Shown: positions 25,038-32,812 of the stretch, in pieces
Layout of the letters: each line of letters opens with the position of its first letter
Numbering within the stretch: position 1 is the first letter of the stretch
Source: Candidatus Micrarchaeota archaeon
GTDB lineage: Archaea; Micrarchaeota; Micrarchaeia; Micrarchaeales; CABMGC01
DNA: 32,812 bases
NCBI GenBank assembly: GCA_021791075.1
Contig: JAJYXH010000087.1
Coordinates: 1 to 32,812, forward strand
Reading direction: 5' to 3'
Made by a program: the position numbers and the translations under genes
The notes under the pieces: model-generated
Seen by the model: only the letters and a program-made list of their open reading frames with translations
Told to the model about the DNA's origin: nothing
Database searches by the model: none

Positions 25038-26039
25038 ATGGATCCGATAGAGTCTTTTGAGACAATAATTTCGAGGACGCCTTTCCGTCTGCCGCTTGGG
25101 GGGGGAGGAACCGACCTGCCTTCCTATTACAAGCAGTTCGGGGGCTTCTTCATCAGTGCAGCGATCAACAAGTACATGAGCATAGTCATACACAGGAACT
25201 TCAGCAAGAGCCTCAGGCTGGCATACTCAAAGACCGAGATCGTGAACACCCCAGAGGAGATAGACCATCCGTTGATCAGGGAGGGATTGAAGAAGACGGG
25301 CATCAAGCACGGCATAGAGATCATGTCCTTCGCAGACATACCAGCATCGACAGGCCTTGGGTCCAGCGGCAGCTTCGCTGTGGGGCTGCTCAAGGGATTG
25401 TACGCAGTAAAGCGGGAGTACCGCTCACCCGGCGACCTGGCGGACGAGGCGTGCGACATATCGATGAACATACTCAAGGAGCCTTCGGGAAAGCAGGACG
25501 AGTACGTTGCGAGCTTCGGAGGCATACGCGCCTACACCGTATCCAAGTCCGGCAAGGTCGAGTCCGAGGAGCTCAAGCTCTCGCAGAGCACGATAGCGGA
25601 ACTGGAGAGCAACATAATGCTATTCTACACAGGCATGACAAGGAGCTCCGGCGACGTGCTGGGCCAGCAGCAGAAGAACATAAGGTCAGGCTCCTCTGTC
25701 GAGTACATGCACAGGATAAAGGAGATAGGGCTGAAGAGCAAGGAGGCGCTCGAGAAGGGGGACCTGACGCGGTTCGGCGAGCTGCTCCACGAGCACTGGC
25801 TCGAGAAGAAGAAGGTAACGACGAACATGACGAACAGCATCATAGACGGGTACGTGGATGTTGCCAGGGAGAACGGGGCGATAGGAGAGAAGCTGCTGGG
25901 CGCCGGGGGCGGCGGCTTCCTCATGGTATACGCCGAGAAGGACCACAGGAAGATACGACTGGCAATGGAGAAGATGAACCTGGTGGAACAGAGGTTCAGG
26001 TTCGACTTCGAGGGCAGCAAGGTCGTGTACAATATATAA
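25038..26039 (+). CDS. hddA: GHMP kinase, D-glycero-alpha-D-manno-heptose 7-phosphate kinase type
   Basis: The N-terminus SRTPFRLPLGGGGTDLPSYYKQFGGFFISAAINKY is characteristic of HddA. It has GHMP motif II (STGLGSSGSFAVG), SGKQDEY, and motif III (LGAGGGGFLMVY). Confidence 0.85.
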   Translation: MDPIESFETIISRTPFRLPLGGGGTDLPSYYKQFGGFFISAAINKYMSIVIHRNFSKSLRLAYSKTEIVNTPEEIDHPLIREGLKKTGIKHGIEIMSFADIPASTGLGSSGSFAVGLLKGLYAVKREYRSPGDLADEACDISMNILKEPSGKQDEYVASFGGIRAYTVSKSGKVESEELKLSQSTIAELESNIMLFYTGMTRSSGDVLGQQQKNIRSGSSVEYMHRIKEIGLKSKEALEKGDLTRFGELLHEHWLEKKKVTTNMTNSIIDGYVDVARENGAIGEKLLGAGGGGFLMVYAEKDHRKIRLAMEKMNLVEQRFRFDFEGSKVVYNI

Positions 26040-26056
26040 ACAAACAGGACGTGCTA

Positions 26057-27022
26057 ATGCAGAACATAATTACGAGGACCCCTCTTCGGATCACCCTTGC
26101 CGGAGGAGGCTCGGACATGCCGTTTTTCTACAAGAGGAGCCCTGGAGCGGCGGTGAACGCCACCATAGACAAGTACATGTACATCGTAGTCCACAGGGCT
26201 TTCGGAAACACGTACAGGATAAGGTACTCGAAGGAGGAGGACGCAAAGAGCATAGGAGACATAGAGCACGGCCCGGTCAGAGAGGCCCTGAGGCTCCTGG
26301 ACATAAAGCCCGGGATAGAGATAGTGAGCCTGAGCGACATACCGACCAAGGGCAGCGGGCTCGGATCGAGTAGCGCATACCTCGTAGGCCTGCTCCACGC
26401 GCTGCACATATGGAAGGGCCAGTTGGTTTCTAAGGAGCAGCTGGCCAGGGAGGCAGTGACCATAGAGAGGGACAGACTCGGGGAGCACTCGGGTCTCCAG
26501 GATCCGTACGCAGTGGCGCTCGGCGGACTGAACCTGTACGAGTACATGCCAGACGAGCGGGTGAAGGTCAATCCGATAATAATGAATTCGGAAGACCTGA
26601 ACGCACTCCAGAGCAACCTTATGCTGCTATACACTGACATACGCAAGAAGTCAAATGCTGTCCTAGAGTCGGTATGGAAGATGGATAACTTCGAGACGCT
26701 GGCGGCGAGGAGGGATATGGCGTTCAGGTATTATGATGAGCTGACTTCGGGGAATTGGAAGAGGACCGGCCATATAATCAGTGAGGGATCATGGATGAAG
26801 CATGGTGCTGGACAAAAGTCTGGTGGTTCTGAGATAGAGACAATCTGCAGGAAGATCGCGGCTCTGGGAGGCGACGTGAGAAGCATAGGATCAGGAGACA
26901 GCGGCTTCCTGCTGATCTTTGCAAACGAGCAGAAGCAGAAGGCGATAAAGGAGGAGTTGAAACTGCCTGAGCTCAAGTTCGGCTTCGAGTTCAATGGAAG
27001 CTCGGTAATACTGTTTAATTGA
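26057..27022 (+). CDS. Second, more diverged HddA-like GHMP kinase
   Basis: The real start is ATG 26057 (MQNIITRTPLRITLAGGGSDMPFFYK). The tracked ORF 25451..27022 is an out-of-frame read-through of the previous gene. GLGSSSAYLVG is present. Other motifs are altered: SGLQDPY instead of GKQD.Y, and GSGDSGFLLIF instead of GAGGGGF. Confidence 0.8.
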   Translation: MQNIITRTPLRITLAGGGSDMPFFYKRSPGAAVNATIDKYMYIVVHRAFGNTYRIRYSKEEDAKSIGDIEHGPVREALRLLDIKPGIEIVSLSDIPTKGSGLGSSSAYLVGLLHALHIWKGQLVSKEQLAREAVTIERDRLGEHSGLQDPYAVALGGLNLYEYMPDERVKVNPIIMNSEDLNALQSNLMLLYTDIRKKSNAVLESVWKMDNFETLAARRDMAFRYYDELTSGNWKRTGHIISEGSWMKHGAGQKSGGSEIETICRKIAALGGDVRSIGSGDSGFLLIFANEQKQKAIKEELKLPELKFGFEFNGSSVILFN

Positions 27023-27041
27023 CGTGATTTGGATGGATAGC

Positions 27042-27674
27042 ATGGATAAAGGAACGTTCTCGGAGAAGTACCTTGCGGAGGTAGCGGAAGTGGCTAAGGG
27101 AATTGATACGAAGATGGTGGAGAAGGCAGTCGAGCTTCTAGTCAAGGTAAGGGAGCGGGGAGGCAGGGTCTTTATCCTTGGGGTCGGGGGCAGCGCTGGG
27201 AATGCATCCCACGCTGTGAATGACCTGCGCAAGATTGCGGGAATAGAGGCGTACGCACCTACGGACAACGTCTCCGAGCTGACCGCAAGGACTAATGACG
27301 ACGGATGGAACTCTGTCTTCGAGCCGTGGCTGAAGACTAGCAGGCTCAACTCGAAGGATGCAGTATTAGTGCTCTCCGTTGGAGGAGGAGATGAGGAGAA
27401 GCAGATAAGCGCAAACCTAGTATACGCCTTGAAGTACGCCAAGGCCGTCAACGCAAAGATCCTTGGAATAGTGGGTCGCGGAACTGGTTACACTGCAAAA
27501 GTGGCAGATGCATGTGTGGTAGTACCAACCGTAAGCCCGGATCGCGTGACCCCGCACTCAGAGTCGTTCCAGGCGGTCATCTGGCACCTCTTCGTGTTCC
27601 ACCCATCCTTGAAGATTATCCAGGGAAAATGGGAGTCGATAACCAATGTCGGACCTGGATGGGCTAAGAAATAG
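27042..27674 (+). CDS. gmhA: SIS-domain sedoheptulose 7-phosphate isomerase
   Basis: GGRVFILGVGGSAGNASHAVNDLRK, ELTARTNDDGW..VF, VLVLSVGGG and TPHSESFQAVIWHL parallel the GmhA blocks (GNGGSA..A.H, lTAigND..f..vF, S.SG.S, QE.H). The start is ambiguous between GTG 27024, ATG 27033 and ATG 27042. Confidence 0.82.
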   Translation: MDKGTFSEKYLAEVAEVAKGIDTKMVEKAVELLVKVRERGGRVFILGVGGSAGNASHAVNDLRKIAGIEAYAPTDNVSELTARTNDDGWNSVFEPWLKTSRLNSKDAVLVLSVGGGDEEKQISANLVYALKYAKAVNAKILGIVGRGTGYTAKVADACVVVPTVSPDRVTPHSESFQAVIWHLFVFHPSLKIIQGKWESITNVGPGWAKK

Positions 27675-27805
27675 CCCTATCCTTTAAGTATCAACATTGG
27701 GCAGTGGCACAACTATGGCCCCGTACCAATCAGGTAAATTCAGGGAGACCGAGCACTTTACTGGAATCCGCAAGCCAGGAGTCGGGTCTGTTGTTTATTC
27801 CTCTG

Positions 27806-28984
27806 TCAGGACTCCAGCACCTTTGTGAACATATCCATCATTGATTTGTGGACCACTTTTTTGTCGTATGTTCTGACTGCGATCTCCCTGTTGACCTTCC
27901 TTCTCCTATCATAATCTTTCCTCTTTTTAAGCCGTGCAATGGCATTCAGAGCCACAATATAATCCCGAATGCTTTTGGCTTTGTAAGCAACCGCTCCCGC
28001 CCCTATAATCTTGTCTATGGCAGGGTTGCTTTCGGACACGACCGGAACCAATCCGGATGCCAGACCCTCGAGCATTGCAAAGCTGAATGTCTCCTCCGGA
28101 TGTGGAACGACAATCACGTCTGATTTGGCTATTACCTTGGCCTTCTGCTCGTCAGTGACATTGGCGAGGACGGAAACATTCTTTTTTGGATCGGGATTTT
28201 CAGTGAGGCCGTTACCCCTTCCCAGGAAGCAGAATTCAAATTCATCCGTTCTCCCCTCTGCGGCGATCTTATTTGCGATTTCCAAAACCATGCCAGAGTT
28301 CTTGCCTTTGCCCCCTATGTGCATCACCTTCAGCTGGTTTCCAGACTTCGGATTCATTCTGAACTTGGTGGTGTCCACCCAGAGTGGGATGTAGAATATC
28401 CTATCACTTGATATCCCTAGTTGCTTCATTAGATAGCCACGTTGTATGTCAGTTATAACGTGGAAAAAGATGTTCTTCCTTCTATCCCCGGTATTCAGCC
28501 ATACCCGCAGGAAACAGTTCAAAAGCCGCTCCAACAAACGGTGGTTCTTTGATATGTGATTGCCTTCAAATACAAACATACCTCCGCTCCCCATTACATA
28601 TTTCTGGCCTTTAGGCTTGAGGAATAAATTCGGAAGGTAGTCGTAGATGGACATAAGGAAATAGATTATGCCATTCTTTGGAAGTCCGCTGTAATTATTC
28701 ATTCCGAAGCCAGTAAGCCCAGTGACATTATTTTTTATCCTTATTTTTGGTATCGCCAGATAGTATCGCACAACTTCTTTGTAATCCTTGCGTAGTCTGA
28801 CTGCTCCTTTGGACTTATCAGGAACTAGGATCCTGGAATCGATGCCATTTTCTCTAAGAAATTTGGCGTTCTCATACGTGTACCGTTCGGCTCCGGTAAT
28901 GTTGTACCTTATGTCTATAGTGGATAGCAGATACACTATGCGGTCGTTCGTTATTGTCCGCTTTTGTAATGGCTTCTTTTCCAT
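27806..28984 (-). CDS. Divergent GT-B (GT4-like) glycosyltransferase, paralog of 14387..15544
   Basis: 392 aa. ETFSFAMLEGLASGLVPVVS block. It is collinear with the 14387 gene. Confidence 0.72.
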   Translation of the reverse strand: MEKKPLQKRTITNDRIVYLLSTIDIRYNITGAERYTYENAKFLRENGIDSRILVPDKSKGAVRLRKDYKEVVRYYLAIPKIRIKNNVTGLTGFGMNNYSGLPKNGIIYFLMSIYDYLPNLFLKPKGQKYVMGSGGMFVFEGNHISKNHRLLERLLNCFLRVWLNTGDRRKNIFFHVITDIQRGYLMKQLGISSDRIFYIPLWVDTTKFRMNPKSGNQLKVMHIGGKGKNSGMVLEIANKIAAEGRTDEFEFCFLGRGNGLTENPDPKKNVSVLANVTDEQKAKVIAKSDVIVVPHPEETFSFAMLEGLASGLVPVVSESNPAIDKIIGAGAVAYKAKSIRDYIVALNAIARLKKRKDYDRRRKVNREIAVRTYDKKVVHKSMMDMFTKVLES

Positions 28985-29000
28985 GACCCAACCTTAGGCA

Positions 29001-29702
29001 TTATGCATTAGATCTGTACGCCCCGATCATTGACGATCCCGTCTCGTCGGTATCTATGAGCGTGGTTATCCTAAAGCCTACCTCTTTCAGTTTTTTTGAA
29101 AGCGACTCCTTGCAGTAATTGTGGCACTCCATCTGCATGGCATATACGTTTTTGAGGTCTACATTGTCAAATAGGTGGGCCTCTTCGCCTTCGCAGTCGC
29201 ACTTTATGGCAATCCTATTGGCGCCTTTCACCCGCAATTTGCTCAGGAGTGACTTAAGGGTTGTTGCATTGATCATCTTCCCGCTTCCCTTGGACTTATT
29301 TTTTGCAAAGTCAGTTTGTGCAAGGCCAGAGCTGATCGTTCGCGGTTTGCCGTCAGAAGTGACCGCCATGTTGTTGAACTCTATCTTTTTCTTGTCAGGA
29401 GAGAGGGCTATGTAGTACAAGGCCTTGCTGTAAAGGACTGGTGACGGCTCAAAAGAGATCACCTTGTCGACATTCGGCGACATGGAGAAGTAGAGCGCCG
29501 TGTCACCTACGGTGGCTCCGATATCTATGACAGTTGTGCCGGGCTTCAGCTTGTTTAGAAGCCATAAGTATCCCTGCCTGGCGAATATCTCCTCGAAATT
29601 CCCTTCGACAATGAGTGCCACCCTCATCCGCCTCACCGTCTTGACAGGATGAAGGACTAATTGGGCGTATATGTTGCTATGTATAAATCCGCGTATTCCC
29701 AT
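29001..29702 (-). CDS. FkbM-family SAM-dependent methyltransferase
   Basis: TVIDIGATVGDTALYF...VISFEPSP and IAIKCDCEGEEAHLF match the FkbM/Methyltransf_21 blocks. The start is uncertain (ATG 29702 is preferred over 29792). Confidence 0.78.
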   Translation of the reverse strand: MGIRGFIHSNIYAQLVLHPVKTVRRMRVALIVEGNFEEIFARQGYLWLLNKLKPGTTVIDIGATVGDTALYFSMSPNVDKVISFEPSPVLYSKALYYIALSPDKKKIEFNNMAVTSDGKPRTISSGLAQTDFAKNKSKGSGKMINATTLKSLLSKLRVKGANRIAIKCDCEGEEAHLFDNVDLKNVYAMQMECHNYCKESLSKKLKEVGFRITTLIDTDETGSSMIGAYRSNA

Positions 29703-29861
29703 TTTATCTAGACCTACAGTTAACCAAGATCGGATAATTATTGGGGGATTTGTGCTTATTAAGCTACTCTTGGCACGGCACCGCACCGGCATTGGCGTGG
29801 CGGCTAGCCTGGGCTAATGAGCTTAAGAATCTTTTATTCCAAACTACTAAGGATTGTGAAT

Positions 29862-31436
29862 ATGCCATCTAAATCCGAAGACGGTAAGACACTGGATTTG
29901 GGAGTGAAGCATGCGGGCCTAGCTTCGTTCGTCAGCCTCGCTAGGCTCATATATATATTGGCCGGAGGGGTCATGCTGATAGTTGTAGCCAGATGGCTGG
30001 GTCCAAGCCAGTATGGAATATACACACTGGCCATAGCAATAACTGGTTTTGGGACTGCTTTTGGGAGCATCAACATAGGTCCTTACTTCAATAAGTATAT
30101 ACCAAAACTCATATCGGAGAAGAGATTTGATCGTATTGGGATATTTATAGGTGACGGGATCGTCTTTCTCCTGATTCTGACAATCTGCATAATGGTCCTT
30201 GGAGATGTCTTCGCCGGGCCGATTGCGCAGTCGGTCTTCGGATCTCAATCCTACACTTTTGTAGTCTACCTCTCCATGCTCGGTATCATAGGCGCGATTA
30301 TTTACCCAATCCTGACAACCATCCTCGTAAGCCTTGGTACGGGAGCGGAGATTGCAGTCTCATCGTCTTCGGCCATGGTTATACAGACGGCCATCAGCAT
30401 CGCCCTTGTTCTCCTAGGGTTCGGGGCTGTTGGTGTGATAGAGGCATACGTTGCAAGCGTCTTTGTTGGTGCTCTCATAACCCTCTACCTGATATATAGG
30501 AATTCCTCAATACGATTCGTGATCAAGGGATTCCGCCAGCGCATCGGCCATATACTTAGGTTCTCCCTGCCCCTGACAAGCAGCGGCTTGATCTTCGGTT
30601 CGATCAGCAATTTCCTTGTCATCTACATGGCACTTCTACTGATACCGACAAGCGCGATAGGACAGTACGGAATCGCCACTAAGGCGAGCACCATGTTCGA
30701 TATTGCGATAGGGGCTATAAGCGTGGTTCTCGTACCAATGTTTGCAACGGCCTTATACAACAGGCATGGCATACGTAAGATATCTAGACTTTATCAGAAC
30801 TCGATCTATTACAGTTTCCTCTTTACCGTTCCCCTCATTGTCTATGCCACCGTTCTATCATATGATATAATCGTAACGGTCTTCACCGCATCCTACAATC
30901 TTGCTGTGATCTATATGCCGATGGTGGTATTCGGCGTCTTTCTCTCCCTTCTCTGGAACAATGCCTTTTTTCTGCTTGTAAGCCTAGGACGAGTGAAGAG
31001 ACTCATGAAGTTTGCTATAATAGGCGGGTTTTCCGAGTTCATCACCGTGCTTATTCTGGGATACCTCTTCGGAATAATAGGGATAATAGTCGGGGGATTT
31101 TACATAGTCAACATAGTCCTGATCTGGCTCTACTTCACAGAACTGAAAAGGTTGCGGATCGTGGTCGACTTCTCTCCTTCGCTGCGTGTTTTGCTTTCCA
31201 ACCTCGTTCTTGGAGCGATCATGATACCTCTCGTCTTCCTGCCGATACGGCCCCTGTACGTACTGTTCATAGGGATGGCGCTGGTCATTCTTGTCTATCC
31301 CGTACTGCTCGTAAAGCTCAAGGCGGTGCGCAGGGATGACATAAAGGTGCTCAACAGGGTGAGTGAGGAGATACCTCTCGGAGCGGTGCTCAGGTCAGTC
31401 ATACGCTACGGGGAACGCTTCTTGGCAAAGGGATAG
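29862..31436 (+). CDS. Wzx-like oligosaccharide/polysaccharide flippase (MOP superfamily)
   Basis: About 524 aa with at least 12 hydrophobic helices. The N-terminal pattern (LASFVSLARLIYILAGGVMLIVVARWLGPSQYGIY) is typical of polysaccharide biosynthesis protein/flippase families. The start is set at ATG 29862. Confidence 0.82.
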   Translation: MPSKSEDGKTLDLGVKHAGLASFVSLARLIYILAGGVMLIVVARWLGPSQYGIYTLAIAITGFGTAFGSINIGPYFNKYIPKLISEKRFDRIGIFIGDGIVFLLILTICIMVLGDVFAGPIAQSVFGSQSYTFVVYLSMLGIIGAIIYPILTTILVSLGTGAEIAVSSSSAMVIQTAISIALVLLGFGAVGVIEAYVASVFVGALITLYLIYRNSSIRFVIKGFRQRIGHILRFSLPLTSSGLIFGSISNFLVIYMALLLIPTSAIGQYGIATKASTMFDIAIGAISVVLVPMFATALYNRHGIRKISRLYQNSIYYSFLFTVPLIVYATVLSYDIIVTVFTASYNLAVIYMPMVVFGVFLSLLWNNAFFLLVSLGRVKRLMKFAIIGGFSEFITVLILGYLFGIIGIIVGGFYIVNIVLIWLYFTELKRLRIVVDFSPSLRVLLSNLVLGAIMIPLVFLPIRPLYVLFIGMALVILVYPVLLVKLKAVRRDDIKVLNRVSEEIPLGAVLRSVIRYGERFLAKG

Positions 31437-31444
31437 GTGATCCG

Positions 31445-31772
31445 ATGAAACTCTTTGATAACCTGCTGAACCGAAGGAGCACGGGTTACATAACGGGGGA
31501 GGGCCGCCCTCAGCACAATATTGCCTTCGTCAGGCAGTCTCGTGGCAACGTGCGCCTGCAGCTACTCGCTGCTTGGCCCCATGCTGATATACTTTGGCGT
31601 AAGCTCGCTTGCAGTATCAGGCATCATGTCGCTCGTATCTGCATACCAGCTCTGGATCCTTATTGCGATAATCTTTCTGAACCTCCTTTCCGTATATTAC
31701 TTCTCAGGCAGGATTGCCTCCGCCGAGCGCAGGACGCAGCGCAGGGAAGCCAGGGCCTCAAGGAAAAGTTAG
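31445..31772 (+). pseudogene. Frameshifted C-terminal fragment paralogous to the CxC membrane protein at 7191..7718
   Basis: Two overlapping frames (31445.. and 31494..31772) together align with the last ~105 aa of the 7191 gene. By eye, about 40 of ~70 residues are identical from LPS.GSL..TC.C.Y..LG to AERR. The frame switches near the C-run at 31503-31510, and an in-frame TAA sits at 31491-31493. The N-terminal TM helices of the full-length paralog are absent. Confidence 0.55.
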
Positions 31773-31852
31773 CTCCTGCAGCCCCGCATGCCGTTATGCA
31801 AACTACCCGACTATAAATACGCCTATAAACAGGGTTGACTTCCTTGTCAAAA

Positions 31853-32812
31853 CTAGGTGACAGTTGCCGCAGGCATAACGCCATCGGGAGGAGGGGCCCT
31901 TATCCTCACCCAGTCAAAGGCGAAGTTTGACACACCCACGCCGGTTTCTGCCGCCATCTGAAGGTATGTTGAGCCGAAGATGCTGTTCTGCTTTGCGCAG
32001 CCTCCGGTAACATTGGCCACGCCGGCGTAATTGACATACAGCTCAGCGCCGTAGACGCCTATCACTGCCGGGAAGTAGGGGCTTGCACCTGGCGTTGCCA
32101 CTATCGACGGCGTACCGCCATTGTTGTTCTGCACCTCGAGCCCATAGCCACCCTGCGTTCCTCCGCCGGCAATCTGGTTCTGGTAGCCTACCGCGCACGA
32201 AACGTAGTCATATGACTGCGGATCGCCTCCGCTGGCAAGCACCCAGAGATTGCCGTTGTCCGTATTCTCGCTTGTAAGATATATCTCAGCCACCCCAGAA
32301 GAGACCGGCCAGTCGCTCATCAGGTGCGCATGGCCCCCGGATAAATACGCACCGTCCGAGGCGGTTATCACCCCTCCGTTCGGGTGTGCCGTCCAGCCCT
32401 GCGGAATTGAAGGTCCTTTGAAATTGGCATAGTACTCGAACACCGAGGCGCCGTTGTCGTATTCGGCGTAGGTCGGGCTGAGCTGCGGGGCCTCACCCGC
32501 ATAAACCCCATCATAATTTGTCGATACAGGCATGAAGACTGCGGTGATGCTCTCTGATGAAGACGCACCGATGCCGCCAGGCAGCTTTACCCAGAATACC
32601 GCATCTGTAGACGCATTGCTGCATCCGGACTCGCACCATGAGTAGAGCTCCGACGAACCCTGGTAGAAGCGTATATTGCCGAGATTTGCAGCCTCGGAAC
32701 TGCTGTACTTAGACGCGTTGAGCACTATCATCTGCTGGAACGGCGCCGGGGTCGGCGACTGCTGTGCATTGGTTATCGTAATGGTGAGACCCCCTGATGG
32801 CGACGGATTAGT
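31853..32812 (-). CDS. Secreted/surface DUF2341 + LamG/concanavalin-like domain protein (5' end outside the window)
   Basis: The frame stays open to the window edge. The upstream 27 codons read TNPSPSGGLTITITNAQQSPTPAPFQQ before the tracked Met. NIRFYQGSSELYSWCE...DAVFWVKLPG matches the DUF2341 core. The C-terminal FDWVRIRAPPP is typical of the adjoining lectin-like domain. Confidence 0.72.
   Translation of the reverse strand, partial: TNPSPSGGLTITITNAQQSPTPAPFQQMIVLNASKYSSSEAANLGNIRFYQGSSELYSWCESGCSNASTDAVFWVKLPGGIGASSSESITAVFMPVSTNYDGVYAGEAPQLSPTYAEYDNGASVFEYYANFKGPSIPQGWTAHPNGGVITASDGAYLSGGHAHLMSDWPVSSGVAEIYLTSENTDNGNLWVLASGGDPQSYDYVSCAVGYQNQIAGGGTQGGYGLEVQNNNGGTPSIVATPGASPYFPAVIGVYGAELYVNYAGVANVTGGCAKQNSIFGSTYLQMAAETGVGVSNFAFDWVRIRAPPPDGVMPAATVT

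Noticed and set aside
25451-26056. N-terminal 202 codons of the tracked 523-aa ORF 25451..27022
   Set aside because: This part is an out-of-frame overlap of the first kinase gene with an arginine-rich nonsense composition. The real gene starts at ATG 26057 with the HddA-type N-terminus.
31839-31850. 12-mer CTTCCTTGTCAA shared with 4572-4583, both just downstream of minus-strand stop codons
   Set aside because: Dozens of shared 12-mers are expected by chance in a 33-kb window. Two occurrences are not enough to call a terminator motif.

Overview
This is an archaeal chromosomal window. The evidence is an MCM helicase, a DUF359-type dephospho-CoA kinase, a DUF929 protein, AGG/ATA-rich codon usage, TATA-box promoters close to start codons, and many ATGA stop/start overlaps. 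I found no rRNA, tRNA, CRISPR array or recognisable IS/transposase by eye.

Layout:
- 1-7.7 kb: housekeeping genes mcm (-) and metG (+), three small uncharacterised genes, and a ~640 bp non-coding gap. The gap holds a 344-nt element closed by 12 complementary terminal bases. Next come a membrane-anchored, sequon-rich DUF929 thioredoxin-like protein and a multi-pass membrane protein with a conserved CxC.
- 7.7-31.4 kb: mostly a glycan-biosynthesis cluster. It contains six glycosyltransferases, two methyltransferases, a Wzx-like flippase, three SDRs, a Gfo/Idh/MocA oxidoreductase and an NDP-sugar 6-dehydrogenase. It also holds a full bacterial-type GDP-D-glycero-alpha-D-manno-heptose gene set: a GmhA isomerase, two tandem HddA-like GHMP kinases, a GmhB phosphatase and a small nucleotidyltransferase. 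These sit beside a dedicated transaldolase. An MNT/HEPN toxin-antitoxin remnant and a HIT-like + aldehyde dehydrogenase pair are embedded here.
- 31.4-32.8 kb: a frameshifted C-terminal fragment paralogous to the CxC membrane protein, then a 5'-partial DUF2341/LamG-like surface protein that runs off the window.

The points most worth follow-up are the archaeal heptose pathway with duplicated kinases, the DUF929/CxC-membrane pair as a candidate extracytoplasmic thiol-disulfide system, and the unclassified 344-nt structured element. All family assignments rest on motif recognition by eye. No database search was run.
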